From a virus: DNA of 64,000 nt. The stretch lies in the IMG/VR virus record IMGVR_UViG_2902247982_000002, positions 18,319-82,318 of that record, one strand, 5' to 3'. How positions within the stretch are numbered: the first letter of the stretch is position 1; each line of letters starts with the position of its first letter. Position numbers and translations under genes: made by a program. The notes under the pieces are model-generated. The model made no database searches and was not told the DNA's origin. It saw only the letters and a program-made list of their open reading frames with translations. Below, one piece after another: positions 27,661 to 36,309 of the stretch.

Positions 27661-28545
27661 CTACCCCTCCTGCTGCTGAGAGGCTGCAAGGGCCGCATCA
27701 ATGGCGGCGCGCACGGTCGGGTGGCGCACTCCATGCGGATCGCCAGCTACCAGGAAGCCGACGCCGACAATGCTGGAGATCCTGTCCTTGTTGAAGAACC
27801 GCCCGTCGTGCTGCTGCAGCCAATCCAGCCGCTCCGCATCGCGCGCATCGCCAGCAGCGGGAGCGGCGACAGTGGGGCCATACGGACCGCACAGCGCGTA
27901 CACGGCGTTCTGCACAAGCGCATCCGGGTCAAAATCCTGCTCCTTGCCGCACATCGTGGCGCCGCGCACGGCGTAGCGGATGGAGGCCACCACTGCGTCA
28001 CGCTGGGCGTGGGTCAGGATCGGAGCGGGCAGATCCTTCGGTTCTTCGGCGCCAGGCGCGTACTCACGCTCCGCGTATAGCCAATGGGTTGCGGGCAGGG
28101 GGAACGACGCCAGGGCGCAAGCGCTACCGTCCGGCAGCACGGTCACGCCGTCCTGCGCATCCTCCACCCTGGATACGCCAGGGGCGGCGGGGGCAGCGTT
28201 GAGCATGGCGGCGTAGATGTCCCGGCAATCACCTTCGCCAAGATCGGGCGACGAGTACCATGGGTCGCCCTGCTCGCATCGGTGTTGCTTGATGCCAGCA
28301 TCTAGCATGGCGTCAGTTGGCTCGATGGGAACCAGCTTCCAGCCTGAGGGAACACCCGCGCGGATCGCAGCATTGTGCTTGGTGTTCTCTTCGCCAGTCC
28401 GGATGCCGGCGACGTACATCTCCTGGTCGCGGGCGGTGTTGCCCGTGGCAGGCGCAGCGCCGGGCTGCTGGGCAAGCTCCACCGGCTCTTCAGGTCCGGG
28501 GTGAACTTGGCTCAGGCCGTGGGCAACGTCGTAGGAATTCATCAT
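27661..28545 (-). CDS. Modular early protein (P22 Eaa-like segment)
   Basis: GWKLVPIEPTDAML...IYAAMLNAAP and DAERLDWL...RAAIDAA modules. Confidence 0.65.
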   Translation of the reverse strand: MMNSYDVAHGLSQVHPGPEEPVELAQQPGAAPATGNTARDQEMYVAGIRTGEENTKHNAAIRAGVPSGWKLVPIEPTDAMLDAGIKQHRCEQGDPWYSSPDLGEGDCRDIYAAMLNAAPAAPGVSRVEDAQDGVTVLPDGSACALASFPLPATHWLYAEREYAPGAEEPKDLPAPILTHAQRDAVVASIRYAVRGATMCGKEQDFDPDALVQNAVYALCGPYGPTVAAPAAGDARDAERLDWLQQHDGRFFNKDRISSIVGVGFLVAGDPHGVRHPTVRAAIDAALAASQQQEG

Positions 28546-28546
28546 G

Positions 28547-29011
28547 TCAGGCTCCTTGGGCGCGCGCGGCGTCCATTTCGGCAAGGATTTGGGTTTGGCG
28601 CAGCAGGTCGGACGCGTCAGCCTGGGTCAGGCCGGCGCCGATGCGGCGAAGGGCGGGTATCTCGGCGTGCAGGGCGGCCATCAGCGGCGCGTCGATGGGC
28701 ATGCCCACCTCCAGGCGCTTGGCCAGTTGGCGCAGCGCCACGGCCTTGAACGCGCTGCCGTGGCGGGTGGCCCACATATCGAAGAAGTCGGCCATGCCCG
28801 CGATTGCCGGCGCGCTGGCGTACCATTCGCCGTCCTCCAGGCACAGAAATATCGGCACACCGCGGGCGTTGGTCGTCACGGTGCCGTCGCGGTCGATCTG
28901 GTCGATGATCGCTTCCAGCGGCGCCAGGGTCTGCTGGGCCTTGATCAGCATCGGCAGGCGCGCCGGGCGCGGCCGGTACTGCTTGCGGCGGGGCTTGCGG
29001 GCGTGGGTCAT
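28547..29011 (-). CDS. Hypothetical protein with Arg-rich N-terminus
   Basis: MTHARKPRRKQYRPRP; overlap-coupled. Confidence 0.65.
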   Translation of the reverse strand: MTHARKPRRKQYRPRPARLPMLIKAQQTLAPLEAIIDQIDRDGTVTTNARGVPIFLCLEDGEWYASAPAIAGMADFFDMWATRHGSAFKAVALRQLAKRLEVGMPIDAPLMAALHAEIPALRRIGAGLTQADASDLLRQTQILAEMDAARAQGA

Positions 29012-29922
29012 GGCTTCACCGTCACGATGTAGCCGTCGCCCTTGCAGCACTCGCACACGCGCACGCTGCCGGGCTTGATGTACGACAGCACCAGGTCGAG
29101 GAAGCCGTTGATCTTGGATTCCAGGTCGGCCCAGTTGATTCCGGACAGGCCACGGGCGACGATGTCCGCGCTCTTCGCGTAGCTGGACGTGCCGGAAGCG
29201 AGTTCCATGATCTTGAACTCTGATTTGGTCAGCGTGCGCCGCACGGTCCGGCGGCCCACCTTGTACTCGCTTTGCTTCGGCTCGTGGTGCATGTAGCCCA
29301 TGAGGGTGACCGTTCCGATATTGCGATGGTCAGTCACGAAGAAGTCGCCGCTTCGCTCCCGCGCGGCTTCTACCAAGGCGGTCGCCGCACGTCCGAAGAG
29401 CGCATTTCCGTCGATGAACACCGGGTGCTTGTGCCACGTCTCGGGGTATTCGCGCAGGCTGGCGGGAAATTCGACCTTGACGTCTTCCGGCCTGGCCTTC
29501 GGCGCGCAGTCACGGTCAATGACGATGAACTCGAGTGGCTGCGGTTCGCGCTGCACCTGCTGCAACTTCTTCTCGTAGAAGACCGATTTGTAGACCGCGG
29601 CCGGGTCGGTGGGGATGTAGTGGTCCTCTTCGTCCTCGTCGTACTCATAACGGAAGGCATCAGCGCCCAGCTCGGGGGGGAACGTCGTGACCTCGCAGTA
29701 TTCGGGCTTCAAACTCCAGCCGACCACCTCCATGCCCGGGGCCGGGATTATCGCCAGCGTTTCGACACCACCCTGGACCATGAGCCAGTTGGCATTGCCG
29801 GGGCAGCTTTGAGCGAGCCCAGCGCGGCCGTTTACCAGCAAGCGATCCGGGCTCATGGAGTGGTAGCCTTTGCGGATGTAGGACGTGCCTTCGTGCTCGA
29901 GGATGGTGATCTTGTCGGTCAT
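29008..29922 (-). CDS. Hypothetical protein
   Basis: Long ORF with GC3-biased codons; C-terminal CECCKGDG. Confidence 0.7.
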   Translation of the reverse strand: MTDKITILEHEGTSYIRKGYHSMSPDRLLVNGRAGLAQSCPGNANWLMVQGGVETLAIIPAPGMEVVGWSLKPEYCEVTTFPPELGADAFRYEYDEDEEDHYIPTDPAAVYKSVFYEKKLQQVQREPQPLEFIVIDRDCAPKARPEDVKVEFPASLREYPETWHKHPVFIDGNALFGRAATALVEAARERSGDFFVTDHRNIGTVTLMGYMHHEPKQSEYKVGRRTVRRTLTKSEFKIMELASGTSSYAKSADIVARGLSGINWADLESKINGFLDLVLSYIKPGSVRVCECCKGDGYIVTVKP

Positions 29923-30001
29923 GTCGTTCTCTGTGTAGGGTGGCCGGGCACCGGCGGCGGTCGGATGGGGGAGGGAGTCCCGCCGCCGGGCCGGCCATTG
30001 A

Positions 30002-30526
30002 TCAGTCTTCGTTGCCACCCAGGCCCAGCGAGCCCTGCTTCTCGGCCGCCGGCGTGATGCTGATGGTGATCTCGTTGCCCAGCACCTCGTAGAGCTTCTT
30101 GACCTGCTCGCCGCTCGGATGGCACTTCACGCGAAAGGTGGTGACCACGCTGCCGCCTTCCATCATTTCCACCGCGAAGCCGTCCACGTCGGCCGTGTCC
30201 AGCTCGATGTCGGAATCGCCGCCCAGGCCGAAGTCGATCAACACCCTGGCGCCGACCAGCTCGTGCTTGAGGCGGATCTTTTCGATGAGGTCGCCGAACA
30301 CGCGCACGGTGGGCTCGGGCTTCACGCCGTCGACGCTGCCCTGCGCCGGGTTCTCCTCGGCCTTGTAGAGGGCGTGGCGCAGGCGCGGGGGGAACTCGGA
30401 CAGCACGCCATTGCCGGCGGTGAACTGGATCTTGAGGTCAGCAGCGCCCGCAGGCTCTTCGCCGTGGCGCTCGGTGCGCACGTTGATGTGCGCCAGGGTC
30501 GCTGTTTGCTCTTCAATGCTGAACAT
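30002..30526 (-). CDS. Conserved hypothetical phage protein
   Basis: GGAG RBS; HINVRTERHGEE...ADLK. Confidence 0.7.
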   Translation of the reverse strand: MFSIEEQTATLAHINVRTERHGEEPAGAADLKIQFTAGNGVLSEFPPRLRHALYKAEENPAQGSVDGVKPEPTVRVFGDLIEKIRLKHELVGARVLIDFGLGGDSDIELDTADVDGFAVEMMEGGSVVTTFRVKCHPSGEQVKKLYEVLGNEITISITPAAEKQGSLGLGGNED

Positions 30527-30562
30527 GGGAGATTGCTCCGTAGGTTGTGCTGCTGGGAAGGG

Positions 30563-31222
30563 TTAGGCGCGCAGGGCCTGCGCCAGGTAAGGGTCGACGT
30601 CGGGCTGGCGCAGCAGCCACGCCTTGTAGTCGCCGGGTATGTCGGCGATGGCGGTGCCCTTGTGCTTGCCGAAGGTCATGACGCGCGGGATGCGGGCCTG
30701 CTCCGAAATGGCCCAGGCGTCTTCCCAGGTTGCAGGCCGGCCGAACATGAAGAGGGTCTGTTCCAGGATGCGCAGGCAGATGCGGATATCCACGGCTGCC
30801 GAGTGGGCGCCGCGCAGTGTCTCGCGCGCATTGGCGCGGTCCAGGTGGTAGAGCAGGGCGGATTGCGTGTGGCTGTCCAGGTCCGGCCACGCGCGGCGCG
30901 CCAGCGCCAGGGTGCAGATGCGCTTAACGTTCGGCTTGCCGATTACGTTCCAGTCGAAATCGATGTTGTGTCCGATCAGGTACTGCACGCCTTCCGGCAG
31001 GGCGAAATCATCGGCCGGCGGGCAGTTCGCCAGGTCTTCGTCCATGATGTGATGCGTGGCAAGCGCGCCCAGGGCGATGGGCTTGCCCGGGTTGTAGCGC
31101 TGGCAGAAGGCCGCGTCGGTGGTGATGGCACGCGGGTCGTCGCCGAGCACCAGCCAGGCGGCTTCCACAATCACCGGCTCGATAACGCCAGTGGTCTCTG
31201 TGTCGAATACAAGTGCGGTCAT
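30563..31222 (-). CDS. DnaQ-like 3'-5' exonuclease (exonuclease X-like)
   Basis: FDTETTG, GHNIDFD, AHSAAVD; C-terminal MTFGKHKG...YKAWL. Confidence 0.9.
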   Translation of the reverse strand: MTALVFDTETTGVIEPVIVEAAWLVLGDDPRAITTDAAFCQRYNPGKPIALGALATHHIMDEDLANCPPADDFALPEGVQYLIGHNIDFDWNVIGKPNVKRICTLALARRAWPDLDSHTQSALLYHLDRANARETLRGAHSAAVDIRICLRILEQTLFMFGRPATWEDAWAISEQARIPRVMTFGKHKGTAIADIPGDYKAWLLRQPDVDPYLAQALRA

Positions 31223-31236
31223 GGGTTTCCTCGGGG

Positions 31237-31884
31237 TTAGGCGGCCAGGCGCTTGAGCTGCGCCACCAGCTCGTCGCGCTCGGCCAGGAATTGCAGGACG
31301 GCGCGCTCGTGGTCGGCCAGCTCTGCGGCGGTGGGGGTGTAGCGGCAGACGAAAAGCTGCAGGTCTTCCGGAAAGCGCGGGTCGAACGACACGAAGTCGG
31401 CGAACTCGGCGCCGGTCACCCAGACGTTGTGCAGGCACTGCGGGCGGTACTGGTCCGGGACCGTGCCGGCCTCCAGGTAGCGGATGTGTGTGGTGCTCTT
31501 CGGGCACTTCATTTCCAGCACGCCGCGCCGACCGTCTTCCAGGAACAGGCCGTCAACGCTGCAGCCGGCGTCCACGTCGGGCAGGTACATGAAGCCGCTC
31601 TCGATGGCCACGTTGCCGGACTTCTCTTCGTAGGCCATGCGAGCGAACGGCTCTTGGTCGATGCCCCACTGCATTTCTTTGCTGACGTAATCGCTGCCCT
31701 GCGGCATGCGCGTCAGCACCTCGATGGCGAGTTCAAACTTGTAGTCGGCGCGCTTGGCCGCCCATTCGCCCTTTGTGGTCTTGGCGAGCATGTCAGCCGC
31801 GCGCGATCCGGTGGCCCGGCCGCAGCGGTCCAGCAGCCAGCCGTCGCTGCCCTGCTCGTGGGGGGATAGGATGTAGCGGTTCAT
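31237..31884 (-). CDS. YqaJ/lambda-exonuclease family nuclease
   Basis: QGSDGW...R.G..TGS, CSVDG, EMKCP. Confidence 0.9.
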   Translation of the reverse strand: MNRYILSPHEQGSDGWLLDRCGRATGSRAADMLAKTTKGEWAAKRADYKFELAIEVLTRMPQGSDYVSKEMQWGIDQEPFARMAYEEKSGNVAIESGFMYLPDVDAGCSVDGLFLEDGRRGVLEMKCPKSTTHIRYLEAGTVPDQYRPQCLHNVWVTGAEFADFVSFDPRFPEDLQLFVCRYTPTAAELADHERAVLQFLAERDELVAQLKRLAA

Positions 31885-32867
31885 TCCTGGTTGCCTCCTT
31901 GGTCATCGCGGCCGAAGCCGTCGTCGGACGGGTCGCGGGGCGGCTCGTCGATGGTCTTGCCGTCGTTCGGCGGCGTCTCGGTGGGCACGGCCTCGCCGCG
32001 CAGCACGGCACCGCGCGCCGCCACGGCGGACTTGAAGGCGTTGTAGATGGTCATGTCCCGCGTGGCGCGGACCTCGGCCAGGCCGTCCTTCCAGACCTTC
32101 TCCAGGGCGGCGGCGTCCCGGGCCGCCTCCACGGCCTTGCGCAGGCGCGGCAGCAGGTCGGGGTCGGCCGGCGCCACGGCGGTGGTGGCCAGGCCTTCGC
32201 CGCCGTCCGTGTTCAGGTGGTGGATCGCCTCCGACAGGCGGTCGTTCTTCGGCCAGTACTTGTAGGCGCGCTTCACGACCGTCTTCTTGGCCATCTCCCC
32301 GTAGTCGGTCTTCCAGGGCGACGACTTGCCGGACTTCACCGACTGCGACCGGTTCATGATCCCGTCGATTTCGTCCTTGCCCATCGGCGTGGTCAGGTAG
32401 TCGCCGTCGGCGGTCTTGACCACCACGTAGGCTCCGACGATATCGCCGCGGTCCTTGCTGAACGGGTTGAAAACGTGCGTGGGCGGCGCGTCGAAGCCGT
32501 TCAGCGCGAAGTTGTCGGCCTCGCGCACCAGCTCGGCCTGGGCCCAGCGGATCGAGCCGGTGGCCACGGCCAGGTCGATCAGTCCCATGTAGCTGATGTC
32601 CAGGCAGATGCGCCCGTCGCGCGGTACCAGGTAGGCCTGGCGCTTGGCCGGGTTCAGGCTGATGCCGATGGCGGCCACGTTGGTCACCGCGTTGATGACG
32701 GACTGGCGGTTGCCGGTGGCGACCTTCAGGGCGTAGTCGTTGTTCTGCAGGACCTGGATGGCGAAGCCGGCCTCCTTTTCGAAGTTGATCGAAGGGTCGG
32801 TCAGCACCGCGGCGAACGAGTCGCGGGTGTCGTAGATGTCCTGGGAGATGACGGCGAGGTTGTTCAC
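31881..32867 (-). CDS. recT: RecT-family single-strand annealing protein
   Basis: SLNPAKRQAYLVP, ISYMGL, PWKTDYGEMAKKTVVKRAYKYWP. Confidence 0.92.
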   Translation of the reverse strand: MNNLAVISQDIYDTRDSFAAVLTDPSINFEKEAGFAIQVLQNNDYALKVATGNRQSVINAVTNVAAIGISLNPAKRQAYLVPRDGRICLDISYMGLIDLAVATGSIRWAQAELVREADNFALNGFDAPPTHVFNPFSKDRGDIVGAYVVVKTADGDYLTTPMGKDEIDGIMNRSQSVKSGKSSPWKTDYGEMAKKTVVKRAYKYWPKNDRLSEAIHHLNTDGGEGLATTAVAPADPDLLPRLRKAVEAARDAAALEKVWKDGLAEVRATRDMTIYNAFKSAVAARGAVLRGEAVPTETPPNDGKTIDEPPRDPSDDGFGRDDQGGNQE

Positions 32868-32871
32868 GGCT

Positions 32872-33039
32872 TTATTCCTTTGCGGCCACAGCGGTCTTGC
32901 CGCAGCCTTCGCAGGTGGGGTAGGGGGTGGACTGGCTGTCCAGCGTCGGGCCCAGTACGCAGGCCATGAGGACGCCGGCGGCCAGGGAGGCGGTGCCGAT
33001 CAGCAGGTCGCCGTGGGCGTGCAGCAGGCGGCGGATCAT
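32872..33039 (-). CDS. Small membrane protein
   Basis: One hydrophobic segment and CEGC; coupled start. Confidence 0.5.
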   Translation of the reverse strand: MIRRLLHAHGDLLIGTASLAAGVLMACVLGPTLDSQSTPYPTCEGCGKTAVAAKE

Positions 33040-33350
33040 TGCTGCTCCCCCTTGGCCTTGGCGATGGCGGCGCGGTTGGCGCGGCCGAGCGCGGCGAAGT
33101 CCACGCCAGCCACCACGCCGTCGTACTGATCGACGATCCGGTCGCAGACGGCCTGCCATGCCTCGAGCGCGGCCAGCAGCTCCGGCGCGGCGCTGCGGAT
33201 GCGCTCGTAGCGCGATATGGCCTCGTTGGCAAACGCGTTGCTGACGTCGCTCTGCGCGTCGCCGTACTTGAACCAGCCGTGCTTTTCGTTCAGCTCGTGC
33301 ACCAGATCGCGGCTGATGAAGACCGGCCCGGGTGTGTGATTCGTCGTCAT
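33036..33350 (-). CDS. Hypothetical phage protein
   Basis: HTPGP...AAPELLAALE...AAIAKAKG pattern. Confidence 0.7.
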   Translation of the reverse strand: MTTNHTPGPVFISRDLVHELNEKHGWFKYGDAQSDVSNAFANEAISRYERIRSAAPELLAALEAWQAVCDRIVDQYDGVVAGVDFAALGRANRAAIAKAKGEQQ

Positions 33351-33580
33351 TGGGCACCTCGCGCGGCCAGCATGGCGTCGGCCATGGCATAGGCCTCCCG
33401 TGCGATCTCGTCGTGCAACCAGCCATGGTGCGTTTCCATCGCCCAGAACGCCGTCAGTTGCGCCTGCATGGCCTTGGCCGCGAAGTAGTCGCGCAGTGTG
33501 GCGCCGCTCGTGCCCATGTCCTGCGGCTGCGTGCGCCAGCTCTGCGGGAAAGCCGGGCCGCCGTCGTTGATCTTGTTCAT
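33347..33580 (-). CDS. Hypothetical phage protein
   Basis: GGPAFP...TLRDYFAAKAMQ...AYAMADAMLAAR pattern. Confidence 0.75.
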   Translation of the reverse strand: MNKINDGGPAFPQSWRTQPQDMGTSGATLRDYFAAKAMQAQLTAFWAMETHHGWLHDEIAREAYAMADAMLAARGAQ

Positions 33581-33666
33581 GCGTTTCTCCTACGGCGCGC
33601 TGCAATCTCGTCGCCGATCAGTGCGATTGCGTAAAGGGCAGCCAAGCCCCACATGGCGTAGGCCAT
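33577..33666 (-). CDS. 29-aa hydrophobic peptide
   Basis: Coupled at both ends; TM segment followed by RRRR. Confidence 0.45.
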   Translation of the reverse strand: MAYAMWGLAALYAIALIGDEIAARRRRNA

Positions 33667-34028
33667 CACAGGTAGGCCTCGGCTTCGTCCGGGTCCATTT
33701 CGGCCAGTTGGCGGTTGGCCAGGCCCTCGATGCAGTTGCCCAGGTGGCCGGCCAGGAACTCGCCCACGCTCGGCACGGTCGAGCCGATCAGCAGCACCAG
33801 CAGCACGGCGCCGGGGTTGTCGGCCAGCTCGTTCATCAGGTGCTCCACCCAGTCGGCCGCCGTCAGCCCGTAGGCGGTCGGCGTTTCGTTGGACAGGCAG
33901 GCCACCACCGCCGCCACGGCCTGCGCCTGCGTCACCACCGGCGCGTCCTCGTCGGGCTCGCTCGGCAGGGAATAGGGCGGCGCGACCCGCAGCAGGTCGT
34001 CCATCAGTTCTGCGTGATAGGCACCCAT
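33666..34028 (-). CDS. Hypothetical protein
   Basis: GGGAGG RBS; operon packing. Confidence 0.6.
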   Translation of the reverse strand: MGAYHAELMDDLLRVAPPYSLPSEPDEDAPVVTQAQAVAAVVACLSNETPTAYGLTAADWVEHLMNELADNPGAVLLVLLIGSTVPSVGEFLAGHLGNCIEGLANRQLAEMDPDEAEAYL

Positions 34029-34030
34029 GG

Positions 34031-34429
34031 TCAGTTCCTCCCAGCCAGCTCGGCCTCGCGCGCCATTTCCTGGTAATGCACCAGCGTCGCGAACTTTCGG
34101 AATTCATCGGCCCAGCCAGTGCGGATGCGCTTGCGGTTGTTCGCGTCACCAAGCTCCCAGGCCTCGGCCAGAGCGCGGATGAACGTGTCGCCGGTGCGGT
34201 TCATTTCGAGCACGGCACGAGCGTCGGTTACGGGCGGGTAGGGCAATTCGGGAACGGCCGGCGCCTTGGCGTCGGTCCAGCTCGGCGCGGAGGCTCGAGC
34301 CTCCAGCAGGCGGTCGGCAGCGATCAGAGCGTCCGTGGTCGCGGCGATGGCTTCCGCTGCATGTTGTTGGCCGTCCTGCACCGCAGCAACCAGCACCGCG
34401 CGTACGGTGTCCTCGAAGAGGTATTTCAT
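34031..34429 (-). CDS. Hypothetical protein
   Basis: AAGGAG RBS before ATG 34429. Confidence 0.65.
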   Translation of the reverse strand: MKYLFEDTVRAVLVAAVQDGQQHAAEAIAATTDALIAADRLLEARASAPSWTDAKAPAVPELPYPPVTDARAVLEMNRTGDTFIRALAEAWELGDANNRKRIRTGWADEFRKFATLVHYQEMAREAELAGRN

Positions 34430-34439
34430 GTGGTCTCCT

Positions 34440-34649
34440 TGCCCCGGCACCCGGGGCGGGCGGGGTGGAGTCAGGCGACGCTCAGAATGAGCGCGTCCTC
34501 GTAGCCCCAGCTTTCCAGCAGGTCGGCGGCGGTGCGCATGGCAGCGTCGGGCGAGTTGGCGCGCACGTTGAAAGTTCCGGCGGTTGTCGTGGTGATGGTC
34601 CAGGTGTGCATGGTCATTTCCTCAATGCTGCCCCGGCACCCGGGGCGGG
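34440..34649. repeat. 21-bp direct repeat pair TGCCCCGGCACCCGGGGCGGG
   Basis: Copies at 34440-34460 and 34629-34649; each forms a hairpin. Confidence 0.9.
34471..34617 (-). CDS. 48-aa hypothetical protein
   Basis: GAGG RBS; bracketed by identical 21-bp repeats. Confidence 0.55.
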   Translation of the reverse strand: MTMHTWTITTTTAGTFNVRANSPDAAMRTAADLLESWGYEDALILSVA

Positions 34650-34653
34650 TGGG

Positions 34654-35544
34654 TTAGGCTTCGAGGAACTCGCCTTCAGCGCTCAGCGAGTACCACGTAT
34701 CCGGCTTGATTCCGTTCTCACCAACGATGGCCGCGCCGACCTTACGGATCACGTAGTCGTCGTCGCGGTAGACGAGAAAGAGAGCATTTCCGAGGGCGCC
34801 CATTGCCTTGCCGGCGTAGCCGCAGGCCATGGCAGCGCCCTGGTCGCCCGTGGCAGAGGCAGCGCCCCGGTAGCCCGTGGCAGAGGCAGCGCCCTGGTAG
34901 CCCGTGGCAGAGGCAGCGCCCTGGTCGCCCGTGGCAGAGGCAGCGCCCTGGTAGCCCGTGGCAGAGGCAGCGCCCTGGTCGCCCGTGGCAGAGGCAGCGC
35001 CCTGGTAGCCCGTGGCAGAGGCAGCGCCCTGGTAGCCCGTGGCAGAGGCAGCGCCCCGGTAGCCCGTGGCAGAGGCAGCGCCCTGGTCGCCCGTGGCAGA
35101 GGCAGCGCCCTGGTCGCCCGTGGCAGAGGCAGCGCCATGGTTGCCCGTGGCAGAGGCAGCGCCCCGGTAGCCCGTGGCAGTCTCGCCTTCAGGCTTTGCC
35201 CGCGAGAACGTGTATTCGATAGCCGCCTTGATCAGGCCGGCGATGCCGATTTCCGCCTTGATGGTGATGCGCGAGCTGGCCAGCTTCGTGTCGCTGCCTT
35301 CGCGGCTGATCTTCCCGCCTTGCTCAACCAGGGCAAAGCGCGAGCCGGCCGGCGGGTAGTAGTCGAAGACGTTCAGCGGGTACTCGCAAGCGTGGAAGCC
35401 ACGATCGCAAGCCTTGATCGGGCCTTTCATTTCATAGGTATTGCCGATTTCGTACTGGAACGGCTTGTCGCCGCCCGTGCAGGTCAGATCGGCGTTGAAT
35501 GCCTTGTAGCTGGTGACGACTTCTTCTTGCGGCTGGTCAGCCAT
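34654..35544 (-). CDS. Phage protein with 13 x 9-aa GAASATGxx repeats (N-terminus resembles DUF7666 from memory)
   Basis: [10 protein letters not shown]...FQYEIG...[10 protein letters not shown]-terminal domain; GGGAG RBS; first gene after PL. Confidence 0.85.
   Translation of the reverse strand: MADQPQEEVVTSYKAFNADLTCTGGDKPFQYEIGNTYEMKGPIKACDRGFHACEYPLNVFDYYPPAGSRFALVEQGGKISREGSDTKLASSRITIKAEIGIAGLIKAAIEYTFSRAKPEGETATGYRGAASATGNHGAASATGDQGAASATGDQGAASATGYRGAASATGYQGAASATGYQGAASATGDQGAASATGYQGAASATGDQGAASATGYQGAASATGYRGAASATGDQGAAMACGYAGKAMGALGNALFLVYRDDDYVIRKVGAAIVGENGIKPDTWYSLSAEGEFLEA
34831..35180. repeat. 27-bp coding tandem repeat, 13 units
   Basis: Invariant GCCCGTGGCAGAGGCAGCGCC plus variable hexamer. 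Confidence 0.97.
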
Positions 35545-35586
35545 GCTGTTCTCCCATTTCTCACCGGGTGGTGAGGTGTTGGGAGA

Positions 35587-35629
35587 ATAATAGCGGCACT
35601 AGTTATTGCCTGTCAATAGTGGCACTAGT
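35587..35629 (-). promoter_or_regulatory. PL promoter with operators OL1/OL2
   Basis: Minus-strand TTGACA (35611-35616), 18 bp, TATTAT (35587-35592); AATAGCGGCACTAGT at 35589-35603 and AATAGTGGCACTAGT at 35615-35629. Confidence 0.85.
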
Positions 35630-35645
35630 AAATTTATTCGGCGCG

Positions 35646-35670
35646 AAAAAAAAGGCCGCTTTGAGCGGGC
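35646..35670 (-). terminator. Terminator of the cI transcript
   Basis: Minus strand CCGCTCAAAGCGG hairpin followed by T8. Confidence 0.7.
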
Positions 35671-35700
35671 GTTGTGAGGGATGGGCGGTTAGGGGTAGAT

Positions 35701-36309
35701 CTACCGGACTTCCAGCTTCTGGAAGGCTTCTGGGTGAAAATTCGGGCACCAGCCGCACCCGACCCGAGCGGCGGACGCTTCGATCTGCTTGGGCATCGGA
35801 GATGGGTGCGCCCTAGACAAGCCATAACCTTCGGTGCCCCATTTGTACATGTAGTGGCATGGAAGCAGGTAAGGGCCGTTTTGTTTGGGTCCGGACGCGG
35901 TAAATGGGTTGTCGACGACGATTTGGCAATGGGCGCGCCAATCATCGACTGATAGCGACGTCAGGAAGCATTCCAGGACGTCGATGAAGCGCCAGTTGTT
36001 GTTCGCTTGATGAATGCCATTCACATAGATCTGAACGCCTCTCAGACCGATGATCAAGCGGGCAAGCGCCTGGGCGAGCGCGAACTGTTCTTTCCTCTTG
36101 TCGAACGCCGCCAGATGGACTGAGAGCTTTCCGCCTTCCATCACTTCCATGTACCTTGCCGCGGCCTTTGCAGTCGCGACCGCCGTGGGATAGCTGATCG
36201 AGGTCGACTTAGGAAAGGCGATGACGATGGGAAACTGGGCTGGATCTCTGGACAGATCGACAAGATCGGCCGAGGCGCCAGTGGCAATCGCGTTTGGGCG
36301 CTCGCTCAA
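35701..36309 (-). CDS. Hypothetical protein downstream of cI (rex-like position)
   Basis: TTG start overlapping cI stop; atypical codon usage; C-terminal Cys/His cluster. Confidence 0.7.
   Translation of the reverse strand: MSERPNAIATGASADLVDLSRDPAQFPIVIAFPKSTSISYPTAVATAKAAARYMEVMEGGKLSVHLAAFDKRKEQFALAQALARLIIGLRGVQIYVNGIHQANNNWRFIDVLECFLTSLSVDDWRAHCQIVVDNPFTASGPKQNGPYLLPCHYMYKWGTEGYGLSRAHPSPMPKQIEASAARVGCGWCPNFHPEAFQKLEVR

Noticed and set aside
34831..35180. CRISPR array
   Set aside because: Variable parts are only 6 nt and recur, the period is an in-frame 27 nt inside a gene, and no cas genes are present
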